Positions 24,484 to 37,646 of a stretch of DNA of 64,000 nucleotides are shown here, in pieces. The DNA lies in the NCBI GenBank assembly GCA_975705895.1, contig OZ319674.1, positions 4,092,001-4,156,000 on the forward strand, written 5' to 3'. The notes below the pieces were generated by a model. The model was not told the DNA's origin, made no database searches, and saw nothing but the letters and a program-made list of their open reading frames with translations. How positions within the stretch are numbered: the first letter of the stretch is position 1; every line of letters starts with the position of its first letter. Origin of the DNA: Pleurozia purpurea. Taxonomy: Eukaryota. The position numbers and the translations under genes are program-made.

Positions 24484-25546
24484 TTCGTCTGGCTGAAGAG
24501 ATTTTGTGGTTATCACCGCAGGCCTTGAGGACAGCTTGATGCATGCATCAATCGTTCGGTTCGAGATGGCAACCTAACGTCGCAGAGAACAGAATACCTT
24601 CAAGAGCTTCGCCAACCCATAGAGATATTAGCCCACGACTTCCCCACGAGAACTTTAGTTTCCGGCATTATCCCTGCGCAAAATGCCAAAATGGTCAGTA
24701 TGTTGTCTAGCATTTCATCAAAAATGGAGTACTTTCTCTATTACCGACAATAGCGCCCTAAATGAATAAAGAGGGGAAAAACGTGAATTACGAGGTAAGC
24801 AGAAAGCTTTAAAGGTCGTTGTTTCAAAAAAACCCCGGTTTTAGTGGACGAATCTAAATAATAATGTCGCGGCTTGAGCACATTGAAAAGACAAAAGTCC
24901 AACAAGTGAAGCCAGACAGACAAGAATGACTTGTCCTTCAAATCGTTCTGACAATAGCCAACGTCGACGCCGTCTTTGCGTCATTTGAATGAGGGATAGT
25001 GTGCAGATCCCGCCCCAACGCGGATCGAAGCTTTAAACGCCTGTACATTACGTCAGACGGCAAATTTAAAGCAGTTTAATGGCTTGAACAGTCAAGCCGC
25101 CGACTTGAACCATCCCCGACAGTTCGGCGAGTATGATGGGCCTTGGCGACTTTTGCCGCACCAAATAATTAAGGTCTACGCTAGCGGCGACAGTCGTTTT
25201 TAAAGCGTGTCCTCTTGCTGCCGCAACGGTGCACGCCGCCATTTAGTTTTAATGCGTTCCAAAGGAATATCCGCGTTAATATTTTGAAAAAGACAAAAAA
25301 AGGATATGGGCTTTGGATTTCATTCCCTTCTAGATGGAGGGTATAAATATGGGATAGCCAAGTCTTCTTGTTCTTTCAGTTGTCAGATCTCTCTTACTTC
25401 CTCTTACTCTCTCGCTTTAGCTTTCTCAGCGTGTGCTCTCTCAAACTCAGCTTGTGCTCTCTCACATTCAGCGTGTTCTCTCTCAGCGTCTGCACTCTCA
25501 GCGTGTGCTCTCGAATCGATTTCCTTCCGAAGATTGACCTAGAAAG
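24484..25546. promoter_or_regulatory. Putative bidirectional promoter region and first exon of the ParB-MTase gene in A1
   Basis: Lies between divergent genes; TATAAATA at ~25342, CT-rich leader, donor AAG|GTAAGC at 25546/25547; conserved in inverted form at ~57940-59036. Confidence 0.6.
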
Positions 25547-25554
25547 GTAAGCGG

Positions 25555-26000
25555 CGGCGGGCGCGCGGGGCAGCGGGGGCTAGAGGTGGCCGGCAGACCT
25601 TGATGCATGCATCAAGGTTTGCCCGGCGGGGGCGGGTGCACGGGGGGGAGGGGGGCGCGAAAGGGTCGTCGGACGGGGGTGCGGGGGCGCGAGGTCACTG
25701 GCGGGCGCGCGGGGGGGATGGGGGCGCGAAAGTGGCGTCGGACGGGGGTGCGGGGGCGCGAGGTCGCTGGCGGCCGCGCGGGGGGGAGGGGGGCACGAAA
25801 GTGGCGTCAGGCAGGGGTGCGGGGGCGCGAGGTCGCTGGCGGCCGCGCAAACCTTGATGCATGCATCAAGGTTTGCTCGGCGGGGCGGGCGCGCGGGGGG
25901 GAGGGGGGCGCGAAAGTGGCGTCGGGCGGGGGTGCGGGGGCGCGAGGTCGCTGGCGGCCGCGCAAACCTTGATGCATGCATCAAGGTTTGCTCGGCGGGT
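25555..26000. repeat. GC-rich minisatellite with palindromes (intron 1 of the A1 ParB-MTase gene)
   Basis: Palindromes at ~25600, 25854 and 25969 among ~60-bp G-rich subunits; acceptor ttttcag(cag) at ~26057-26060. Confidence 0.9.
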
Positions 26001-26173
26001 TTAGGGGCAAATTAATTTTTTGTTTGCTAAATTAATATTTCCTTCTCGTTTTTTCAGCAGGAAAGCTGGCACGCGTTAAACAGACTGTGAGGTTGGCATT
26101 CCCGAAGACAGCAGGCCTCGCAGCGGCTGCAGCTTCCGCCTCACAGAGCACAAACACAACCGAGCCGCAGGAA

Positions 26174-29100
26174 ATGGCGCCCTCGAAGTCGCTCATGGAG
26201 AAGGCCGAGGACGTTCTGAGCCAACTGGGTTCTAGTCCCAAGGAATGTGCTTGGGTAATCAACATGGGTGACGAAGATTGGAGGAACGAGTTCCTCATTG
26301 TGAACGTCCTCACCACCGACTCCAACAAACAGAAGAGTTGGGCTCGATTGGGGAGGATAAATTTCTTCCGTAAAGTCATTGAAGAAGGGACCGGACAAAC
26401 TATTTTTCAGGTGCTTGTGGACATGAATGGCTCTCTCTGCGGGTACGGGCTAAGAGCGACCAAGTTCCGCAAGGATTCAATGGTGGACTACACAGCGAGG
26501 TTCGGGGAACTTACGAACAATATTCGTTTCGCTGCGCAGAAGCGGAACTGGGATTTTGTAGTGACCCTAGTCTTGGGTCATGTAGAGAACTTTCAGGAGG
26601 CTTCCCTTGAATTCAACCTGAAAAAGCACCAGAAGGAGTTAAGGCATGGAACGGAATCTGAAGAAGACGACAATCATGAAGACGAGGCAGATGAAGAAGA
26701 AGATGAAGAGGAAGATGACGAAGAAGAGGTAGAGGAGGTGCCTCCTCCCCCTCCAGCCAAGAAGAAGACATCAGCTGCGCCGCGTGCCGGCAAAGTCATG
26801 GCAGACTTGCGGGAACATTCCCCGTTACCGACGCCAAGAGCGGCGCCCAGCAAGAGGCGGAGGGTTTACGATACCCCCGAGGGCAAGCATTCCAGCCACG
26901 GTCGGAAGAGGAGAGGCCTCAAGCCGAAGAACAAGTGCCCCAAGAGTCGGGGCAGCCAAAACGAAAGAGGTCCCGGAAGAATATCGAGGAACCGCTCACG
27001 GAGACGTTTCATCAGTCGATGATGGCAACGTCCATCAAAGAGGCCCAAGCGAGGTCTCATGAACTCATCGAGAAGAACATGATTCAGAGGACCACGACGC
27101 TCGTGGACGTGAGCCAGATAATTCCGCCTGTCTCCGGTGCAGGAACGTTGCCGCCCTGGCAAATCCGACCAGTGAACGACTGGTTTGTAGAATCCCTCAC
27201 CAACCGTTTCGAGAAAAACTTCAACGTGCTGCAGTTGAAGTTTACTTTGCACTTAGATCCGGAGCAGTGCCCCACGAAGGAGGATTACAATCCTCGAGAG
27301 AAAATGACTTACAAATTTCGTGTCCTTGGCGGCAACCATTCTTTTTTGGCAGTGAGGCACTTGCACGACAAGCATCCAGCAAGTTCCGTTTTTGACACCA
27401 TTGAGGCTCATGTTCTAGTTGGCTGCTCAATAAAGGAGCAGGCCCAGATTGCTTGGACAGACAATATTGATGGAAAGCTGCGTTACAAGCTCTCCCTTCC
27501 CCAGCGAGTTTTGTACATTCATGATCGGTGGACTGCTGCCGAAAGAGAGGAAACAATCAACAAGCAGCAGTTCAAGTTGGAAATTGCAAAGGAGATTCAG
27601 CTTCCCAAGTGGGGAGAGGCGACGCCACAAAGCGTCATCCAGGGAGCGGACAACATGTTCCAGCTTGCGTTTCGTGGCGGTCCAGTGTGGGACCACGTGA
27701 ACAAAATTTTGCGCATGTACGAGGCATGTGAGTTGAAGGGGCATGAGACAAAAACTGCCAAAGGGAAAAAGTCTGAAACATCTCAGGCCACCCAACGTCC
27801 AATCCCGACCTCCGACATGAAGATCACGGATTGGAAACACATGCAAGGTATCAAGAGCAACGAACAGGTCCTCCGCGTTTTGGCATTTGTCGTCGAGAAA
27901 GAACTTTCACTTACGCAGATGGGTGAGGAGTTCTCGCGCGTGAAGGTGTACTTGCGCATTCGACAAGGTTTTTGTATCTGTCTTCATCGGGCTTCCTTCG
28001 CGGATGTTTTGGAGGATTTTGCTGAATGGGTTACGGAGAAGTCGGAGTGGGAATTTCTTACCATGTTTCGAGATCATGTGAGTGTTCACAGATTTATGTT
28101 TGATGCATGCATCAAGCTTTGCTCAAGTTTCTTCTCTTCACGTTGCTGTTTTTGCGATTTTGGTTGCAATCTTTGATGCGTGCATCAAGACCTTTCAACT
28201 TACGGTTGCGTTCTTCTTGTTTATAGGACAAGAATCGGCTAGCTACAGGGGGAATGAAGAGAGGACGGAAAGCCAAAAATGCCGTCCTCACAGAGCAAGA
28301 CTTTCCTCCCAAATTCCGCTCACACTGCCACGAAATCCTTCGGAAGCAGCAGAACAAGCTCAGCGCCTCAGAGCTCAACCGAGATGATCCTTCGGGGTCG
28401 GACACGGTTCTAAAGTTCAGAGATCCAGAGGGTGATATCTCTTATGAGATTGTCCAAGGAGATGCCCGACAACTCGAGGGAATTGTGAGGAGGAGACCTT
28501 ATTCCCTCTGCATAATGGACATCCCATATGGCCTGAACCTTCCGGACTGCCTTCATAATGATCAGCAGCCACTCACGAAGGCGGAGCTCAGGGAGGTTGT
28601 GCAGGGGTTTGTTGCCACCTCTGAAGCCGAGGTATGGAGGATAGTCATCATGCATTCGGTAGAGCAGTGTGGCATGGTGAGGAAAATTTTGCGGGAATTT
28701 TGCACAGGCGGTTTTGAGTCCGGGGTTTGGACAAAACGCAATGCCATCAATTCGGGTGGAGCTCGCCTCAACAACCAATTTGAGATATGGCATGTAGGCT
28801 ACGGTGGGAAGAATAGCCCGAAAAGAATGGATGAGCATCTTTGCTTCAAGTCGGGGGAAGAGCATTCCAACGTTGTGGATGCTTTCAGTGTGACCCAAAA
28901 GGTCAAGTGTAGCCTTGATGGACAGACGCTGAATATCTATCAGAAGCCTCGACGCCTTCTTAATTGGTTTGTTGAACATTTTTCTTGTACTGGTGATTGG
29001 ATTCTGGATTTATTTTCGGGATCAGGAACAGGTTTACTGTCGGCTTTATCATACGGACGTCATTGTGTGTCCGTGGAGGTGGATCAGCGGCAAGTCTTAG

Positions 29101-29438
29101 AACTCAAGAGTCGGGTGAATATGTTAGACAAGGGCCGTTTTGGGAAGAGGGAGCACCTTCAGGATCTGAGGCGTTTTGCTACTGCTCAGCCAGGTTCGGT
29201 TCGTCCTGGAGACATGAATGCAGTTCATACCGATGAGAGGGAGAACCCTGTTCAGCATGAGGGTTCACCTTCTCCAAATCAAGCCGATATTGCTTCCACA
29301 CTTGATCAAGCCGTCGCCGTCATTTCTGGACAATCCTTGGAAGATTTTGTCAATGATATTGTGGTTAGAGAAAATGCTTCATCGGAGATGCCACAAACCA
29401 CACATGTTGTTGACGACGAGCAAGAGAAAACCGAATAG
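26174..29438 (+). pseudogene. A1 ParB-like / DNA methyltransferase fusion gene, frameshifted
   Basis: Exons 26174-28077 and 28227-29438; 1-bp deletion in the C-run near 26875; same motifs as A2. Confidence 0.9.
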
Positions 29439-29735
29439 ATGTTAGAAATGCCTTGTATTTGAATATTTAGAGATTTCTGGTAATTGATAGTGTTGCATCT
29501 TCAGCTCAAAATGTCTATTTTCATAAGACAACTTTCGAGCATTTGTATATAATTACGACATTGTGAATAAATTTATAATATTTGGTCAACGGTGTTTTTT
29601 GCAATATATTATTTTGTGTTTGATTTTTATAAGGTAAGCAAAATGATTGATTTTGGCCTTTTTTTGCATATTCCAAAATTTTGAAAAAATTTGAACTCAA
29701 TTCTTGAGTTCATCTATTCCGGTCCCTTGTTCAAC

Positions 29736-29897
29736 CGTCCTTCCGATTGTAGTACCCTGTCATTTCTTGATTGCAGTCTGATTCAAAGCGCGAGAAAAAA
29801 TTGTCACTCCCGATGTTAGTACACACCCATTTCCCGATTGTAGTATGAGGAGGAGCGATTGAGAAAATGGTCATTTCCAATTGTAGTATCCTGTCAC
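29736..29897. repeat. Continuation of the degenerate repeat interrupted by A1
   Basis: ccgattgtagtaccct, gattgcagtct, tcactcccgatg and atttcccgattg match 11338-11516. Confidence 0.6.
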
Positions 29898-32629
29898 GAA
29901 TGAGACTGAACAGAGTTTGATGAAGCTGTGTCTTTCTAGGTTATTTTGATAAGTTGAAGGCATAGCAGGTTCAATGTGTGTCACATCAGATTACGAAAGG
30001 TCCCTCATGGAATTGGGTGTGGTTTGCTGACATGTAGCTGTTGTTGCTCGGTGTGCAGGTTTTGCACCATGCACTTATCCTAAACTTCTAGATCTAATCC
30101 ATGTACATTGTGAGGAGTTCAACATCGCAGGTCAATTGAACTTTCTATAGCAACAAAGGTAGATACCAAAACCAGCCAACCTTGGAATAAGAATTGTGGG
30201 AAGAGCATAGAGTACAACGTGAAGGCCACAATACTCTTAGCAATTTCATTATTGGTAGTCTCGGGCCAATGGAACCTTGTTTTTTGGTAGCTAGATTGGT
30301 TGAACTGAATTCGGAGTGCCCTACATCTCGCCCATTGCGGAATTCGTGCATGTCATCCCATGTTGCAATCCTAAACACCATAAGCATAACTCATCTTACG
30401 ACAGGACATAATGTAGTTTCAAAATCGCTAGATGACTTGACTGTGGAATCGTTGGATGACTTGACGCTTGAGCACCTGCAGTATTTTTGATATAAAAAAG
30501 TGCACGGATGTGTCTTGCCGGACGGATAAAACCCTGCTCAATGAAGACAACAATGTCTGTCTGCAGAAGTTCAGATTGCCCTGAATGAAGACAACAACAT
30601 CTGTCTGCAGAAGTTTGGAGCAATGCCTATCTACGGAAGTTGGGATTGCCCTGATTGCGTAGGTGCTCTGCTATCTTGTGTTCGTGATAGAAAAATGCCT
30701 TGAGCTTCCTCACATCTCCTGTCTGCATCTGCCAAGAACTAATCGTCTGTCAAACTTAAACCTAGCTGCCCCGAGACATGTCCGTTTGCCAACAACTAAT
30801 CGTCTGTCGAACGTAAATTCTGCTTTTGAGATTTAATCTTCTAGGGTTTTGTGGTGGTGATCCGCAGGAGGAAGGCAAGGCAAGGAAGCGGGAGGTGGCT
30901 CATAGGTTGGGTTGGATGTGTGTGTGGCGAGTGACCGAGGGTGTTTTTGAAAACCGTAGCGGATGGAAGAGCGAGCGGGTTTGAGCTTGGTTGGATCGAT
31001 TGGACCTGTTTGCGGGAGTTCCATTTGGTAGGCATCTGGGGGAGAGGGCGGATAAGGGAGTTTGGAGGTAAGGAGAGTAAGAGTAGGTTGTGAGGTGTGG
31101 ATTGTTGTGTTTGTGAGGGTTATTTGAGAGTGGTAGTGTGGAAGGTTGCGGCAGAGGTAGCTTTTTTGCCGAGTAGATGAGGGGTTGTAGGTTTTGGATC
31201 TAGACATTTTGGGACAAGTTTGGGTAGGCTGCGTACGAGGCGATTTACGGGCTTGGGTGGGTGGCTTGGGTGGAAGGGGAGTGTACTCATGCAGCGAGAG
31301 CAAGCGAACGATCCAATGCAAAAAGGAAGACTAATGGCTTCTTTTCGTCAGTCATTGACCACAAAGACTATTCCAATCGCAAATTGCTAAGCGACTCCCC
31401 GCTCACCAGGATCTCACCGCAAATTCACTCATCCATGACACTCTTAATGCCAAACTCTAAACACAGAGCTTCACCCTCTCCTCGACCAAAAGTCATCCAA
31501 AACCCCGATTAATCTTTGAAACAAGAAATGATCCATTCTTGACTTGGAGTAGAGGTAGAGCAGCCCATCGCAGCTACTCCCAAATCGAGGCGATGGTGTG
31601 CCCAATTCCTCTGCACTCTCGTTGATTCCTTAATCGCTCACCAAATCCGCGAATGTGGAGCTCAAACTGAGCCCAATCGCTCTCTCGGATCATATTCTTT
31701 GTGCAATTCGAATTGTGGAGACCCAAAATTGCCAGCTTTTCAGTGTTTGGTGCACAATCCGTTGATAATTTTGTCTGTCCCCTCCTTCTTGCTCGCAATT
31801 TCTCTCTCCCGTCAGCAGAACCAATTGACACGCACTTGTCTTTACTGTATGGCACTGTGTATTACTCTCCCACGCCGTTTGCCGTCGATTAACTTTGAGT
31901 GTTCTAAACAAAAAAAACCAAAAAAATTACAAAGGGCATTTTATTAATAATATACTATACCTTAGTATAACTTACGGTACCATAGTGCTCAGCAGGTTCG
32001 CGTTAAAATATTTAATTATCATAAAAAATGATACACCGTAAAATAATTTGGACAGCTTAAAACAAAACATGGAATTTAATAATGATTCAAAAACCTGCAG
32101 TATCTAATGTATTGGCTATTGGAATCCTACACATGTAGTGTATTTTGCGAAATATCAATTCAAATATATGAGGGACAAGTGAAAACATCAATACTTAGTC
32201 TATGTGAAATTAATCTTTTGCTAAATTGATCTATGAACCTTGTGTGCACTACGGTAGAGTTATGCGCATTTTAATATGTAATCATGAACATAATTCCAAA
32301 ATCATATGCAATTCCACCTCTAATTGTCTCATGCACGATGATCCAGTTCAATGGATACAGTCTCATTGTTTAGCTTCATAAAAAATCTGACTTCGGATAA
32401 AAACACATAATCATCGCTCAAGAATGTATTCCACTAGGAGCCTAATGATGAAGTAACTGTTCTTCAAACGTAAAAAATTACACAGAGTCCTAGTAGGATT
32501 TCACCAGTCCGGCCCTCATCTAGCTTACCGCATTACAAATAATGAGAAGACTTCCTACAACATATGAAAAAATCAGATAGTTCACTCTCGCTATACAAAT
32601 GGACTCTCGAGTTCCACTTCTTGCGCCAC

Positions 32630-34530
32630 CTGCTGACGTCAGTGATTGCTTGCCAAGTGACAATTGACATCAACAATCGCTCGCCCAGCGACAACTGATG
32701 TCAGCAATCGCTCGACGATTCACCCTTGGCGTCAGCGACCGCTTGTTGAATGATCCCTGACGTCAATGATCGCTCGCATCTGCCAATTTGACTTGAGATA
32801 GAAAAAAGTCAATCCCATGCGATCGGGCAACTACGACCAATTCTGATAGCGCAAGAGGGCTCAAAAAATTCCCCTCCATGCACAATTGCGCAAGTGTCAA
32901 CCTTTGGCACTCGCCAAGTTTCACTTTGCGCATCACTCATTGACATCAGTGATCGCTCGCCAAATGACCCCTGATATCAACAATCGCTGGCATCTGCCAA
33001 TTTGACTCAAGGCAGAAAAAAATTCAATCCCTTGTGATCAGGCAACTACCGTAACGGTCAATTTTGACAGCGTAAAAGGACTCAAAAGATTCCCTTCCAC
33101 ACAGTGCACCAAAAAAAAAAAAAAAAACCGATACTTTTGGGGCACGCTATAGTTGTTAGTAAGTTTTCCCAAAGTCCTCCCAAGTTCCCACTCCATCCAC
33201 TACTCTTGTTTTCCTGGCATGATGCAATGCACTTATTAAATGCTTTCGATGTCCACAGTTGCTAGTGTGCACACCCGATCCACTCCATTTGTTTCCCAAT
33301 GCCATTGTTATTTTTTTTCACATGCCCTAGCCCCAACAAATTTCAGTTTACGACCCCGACAGGATCTAATGCAGCAACAACATCGTTTTCATCCCCAATT
33401 GCGCGAGTGTCGACCTTTGGCATTGGCCCAATTCCCTTTCCTCGAGCAATCGCTGACATCAGCGGTCACTTGACGAGCGAAGATAACGTCAACGATTGCT
33501 CCACGAGTCACCCCTGACGTCAGCGATCCCTCGACGAGTGACGCCTGACGTCAACAATCGCTCGCATTTGCCAAATTTGCTCCAGACCCAAAAAATGTCA
33601 ACCCCATGCGATTGGGCAACTATTGCCGATTCTGACAGCACAAGACGGCTCAAAAAATTTCCTTCCACGTAGGGCGCAAAAAAAAACATTAAAAACTGAC
33701 ACATTTCGGGCACGCTATAATTGTTGGCAAGTTTTCCCAAAGTCCTCCCAAGTGCCCATCCACCCACTACTCTTGCTTTCCTGGCATGATGCGATGCAAC
33801 CATCAAATGCTTCCGATGCCCACAGTTGCTGGTGTGCATGTCTGATCAACTCCATTTTTTTTCAGTGCCTTCATTATTTTTTTCACATGCCCTAGCCCCA
33901 AAAATTCTAGTTTTTGACCCCGGTAGGACCCAATGCAGCAACAACATTGTTTTCACCCCCAATTGCACAAGTGTCGGCCTTTGGCACTGGCCAAGTTCCA
34001 TTTCCTCAAGCAATCGCTGACATCAGCGGTCGCTCGGCGAGCAAAGGATGACATCAACAATCGCTCCACGAGTCACCCCTGATGTCAGTGATCCCTCGAC
34101 GAGTGACGCCTGATGTCAGCGATTGCTCGCATCTGCCAAATTCTCTCCAGACTCAAAAAATTCAACCCCATGCGATCAGGCAACTACTGCCAATTCTTAC
34201 GGCACATGAGGGCTCAAGAAATTCCCTTCCATATAGGGCGCAAAAAAACCATTAAAAATTGACACTTTTTGGGCATGCTATAGTTGTTGGCATTCAAGTT
34301 TTCCCAAAGTCTTCCCAAGTCCTCACTCCACCCACTACTCTTGCTTTCATGGTAAGATGCAATACAACCGTCAAATACTTTTGATGTTCACAGTTGCTAG
34401 TGTGCACGTCCGATTAACTCTATTTTTTTTTCCAATGCCTTCGTTATTTTTTTCCACATGCCCTAACCCCAAAAAATTCCAGTTTTTGACCTCAGCAAGA
34501 CCCAATGCAACAACACCGTTTTCACCCCCA
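32630..34530. repeat. ~565-bp degenerate tandem repeat (about 3 units plus partials) with ~27-bp internal subrepeats
   Basis: Landmark gggca(c/t)gctata(g/a)ttgtt...gttttcccaaagtc at ~33140, 33707 and 34271; subrepeat tgacgtcagcgatcgctcg. Confidence 0.8.
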
Positions 34531-34680
34531 AAAAAGATCAAATTTGAAAAATAATATATCAATATTTAAATATTCTATGATAAAAGATAAAATTTGAGAA
34601 AAGATAAAAAAATTATCCTTGAACCTCTTGTCTTGTGTATACACCTAAAATCACCATGAACAATACCATAGCCAATTATG

Positions 34681-34792
34681 GGTTCAAGCCTGGCTGTGGG
34701 GGCAGTGTTCACTTGCGAGAAGCATTCCCTCCCCATATTGAGTCAGGTCGAAGGTAGTCCCCTTTGACTCAAAATTAAAAAAATTAAAAAAT
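34681..34792 (+). mobile_element. Probable 5'-truncated SINE-like retroposed insertion
   Basis: Flanked by the 17-bp direct repeat taccatagcca(a/g)ttatg (34664-34680, 34793-34809); begins with B-box-like GGTTCAAGCC; ends in an A-rich tail. Confidence 0.5.
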
Positions 34793-34831
34793 TACCATAG
34801 CCAGTTATGTTACCCGTAAATAGTATCAAAC

Positions 34832-34998
34832 TGTTACAACATAATGATGGTACAACCACAACAACTCCAACTCATCCATTCCAACATCAAGTATATATAC
34901 ATCCAACCATAGTAACCATGCGGGCTACTATGGTTAAAGTAACCCTAACTAGGGTAACACTAACTAGGATAGTATGGTATCAATGTTATATTACAACA
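34832..34998 (-). mobile_element. 3' LTR of an older minus-strand LTR retrotransposon; decayed AT-rich internal sequence follows to ~37646
   Basis: TGTT...AACA ends, immediately followed by ctccccct (reverse complement of a polypurine tract); homologous copy at 43580-43737. Confidence 0.7.
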
Positions 34999-37646
34999 CT
35001 CCCCCTTGATTGTAATATGGGGAATATTGCAAGCAACCATAATATAACCAAAGTTAGTGTCTCCATCATTCCTTCATCTTTTAAAATGTAATGCATGTGG
35101 TATGCTATGGAAAATGATGTTGTCTCACTAAAACCCTCTCATACACCTAGTACGAGGGAAAAAGTACAACCATCATTCCAAAATGTACATGTAATAAACA
35201 ATGTCATGCATCAATATAGTAATGCATTCCTACAACATGTATAATGTCATCTCATGCAGGTGTTTTCTCCAACGGTCTTCATCATCGTCTGCAACCGTCT
35301 GGGTACTCTGACCATCTCCTGTCGGTCTGGTCCAGTCACCTACATGTCTTCAACGGGGTGAGTGTTTACAAACTCCAATCTCCCCCTCAAGTCAACATCA
35401 TCCGGCTCATCCGGTCATCCTGCAAAAACATGACAAACCTCCAGGAAAAACATTGAGTAAGTACAGAGTCAAAAGAACTCAGATGCGGTAGGCTCGGTGC
35501 ACTTTCCTCAATGGAACTAGTAACACCTAGTATCACCATACCTGCCTTACCACCTTACTCATACTTGGAGGATCATCGGCAGAATGTCCTCTTCCGGTAT
35601 TAACCATACCAATACCAACGCCCCTACTTCAAGTAGGTTCTAGCGTGTAATCATCAACTTTTAACTCATACATAGAGCAAAGTGTGCACTGGCTCAAAGA
35701 GCCTTCTTATCACTTGCCTGCCCTACAGGGGCTTTCAAGGCAGTTTTCATAGTTCATCATCATTTCACTCATGTCAAACTCAGATCATGAGCATGGCAAT
35801 TATGACCATTTCTAGGTCATTCATAAATAAACCAATATTCTTCCCCTCAATATAGGGTTTAGGGTTTACGCACCCTTATCAACGTAACACAAATGTGTTA
35901 GTATAGTCAAAGTAATCATCTCTCACATCACTCTTATGGAGTCATCAGTGAGTGTTCAGTATTCATACTGACATTCACGCAATCCAGTGAATCACAACTC
36001 CAATATCATGGAGTGGATTTACACCATATATATGACAATATGTGAATTGTCTTATAAGAATGTCGCGAGTATTTGCACTCAACAACCATTAAACAATTCA
36101 CTCCATATATATATCACAACTAGAAGGTAAATGATTCTCATTTTCCCTTCCTCTTTCTTTGCAAACCGCATTGTATGACGGTTACGCTTAAGAGATACGA
36201 AAGAAAAAGTTGCATTTTTCCATGCCTCACAATTTCAAATTTATCCAAAATTTCATTCTCATAGAAAAACTCTTTATGTTAAGAGTTAGGGTTCCTCAAT
36301 CATGTTAGAAACCATTTCTTATTGTGAGTGTTGTGATCATAATTCACAAACTAGGCATGGTATAAAAGTTTTCTCAACTTTTCCAATATGCTTTCTTTAC
36401 CTCTTATTTCCCTTCGTAATATACACTTCAAGGGATTTTTAAGAAAAGTATAATTCAACGAGATGATTTTGGAAATTCTTATTATTATCATTCTTTTCCC
36501 CAAACTCGTTGATTCAAATATTTTTGGAATGCCTTCCTTTCTTACACTAGGAAGTCCCTCTATATGACGAGGGTTTTATTTTCCTTTTGTTGTTTCTTTT
36601 TCTTAACTTTCATAAGAAGGAATCTCAACAAAAGAACTTTGAAAATACAATTTCAAATTTCAGAAAAAGATTTTCTTTCTTTCATTTGCTTTTCCCCTTT
36701 TCACGTTCCCTTTTACGTATTTACTAGGGAAGAAGGGATTCTATTTCCCTATTATTCTTGGATTTTTCCGTTTTCTCTTTGAAGAAAAATCAACAAGGGA
36801 AATCAAAATAACATATACACATTTGATTGGTACTTCTTCCTTTAAGTACACATCTTTTTTCTCTTATTTTCCTCATTTTAATTTGAACTTGCCATATTCA
36901 AAGAAGGAATTTAAGATTTCCTTTTTTCTTTTCCTTTGGAAACTTTAACAGGAAAAAGAGTTTTGCTCTTTTATGCATTCATTAACAAAAGTTTTGTTAA
37001 AATGTTTTAGGGATTTTCCTTGTGCCGGTACGGCAACCAAACAATCCGAGTTTTTCAAAAAACTTGTTAATTGAAACTCACACTCGAAAGTCCCTCAATA
37101 TAGTGAGGGTGGATTGTTTTTCCCTTTTTTAACAAGAATATAATGTTTTCCTCTTCCTCCAAATATTTTCCTTACTTTCAATGATATCAAAAGTTGATTA
37201 TCGTGGTTTTACGTGGGGAGGTATTCAATACCACTCTTCCTTTATGTAGTGCGCTTTCGAGGTTTTTTTTTCACAAAATGGAAATAGTATAGGAATTATT
37301 TGAAAGTTTTCCCTCTCTTTCAAAACATTTTTCCTATTTTCCTTCAAATTTTCCCTCATTTCAAATGAAATGAAAACAATTTAAACATAAATTTTCCTTT
37401 TTCCAGTTTCCCTTTTAAAATTTACGAGGGAATAAAGGATTTAAATGAAAATTTTTCCTCAATATGCGCTTGAAAAACATTATTTCCTTTGAACAAAGGA
37501 TGTTCTTAATGAAAAGTAGGTTTAGGTTTCTTTCCCTTCTTTCCTTTCTTTTCATTCCATTTACCCCGTTTTCTGTTCCACATCCCTTTCCTTTTTTTTT
37601 CTCTTCAAATAAGGAATTCTTTTTAATAAGGAAATTCTTTCCTTTT

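Larger units (their letters stand above)
11521..29731. mobile_element. Family-A TIR transposon copy A1 (~10.5 kb without nested material), complete with both ends
   Basis: 26-bp TIRs at 11521-11546 and 29706-29731; 4-bp TSD CAAC at 11517-11520 and 29732-29735; divergent transposase (-) and ParB-MTase (+) genes. Confidence 0.95.

Noticed and set aside
30833..31321. 162-aa P/T/S-rich ORF as the Harbinger Myb-like partner
   Set aside because: Low-complexity strand-skewed sequence with no Trp-spaced Myb/SANT pattern.
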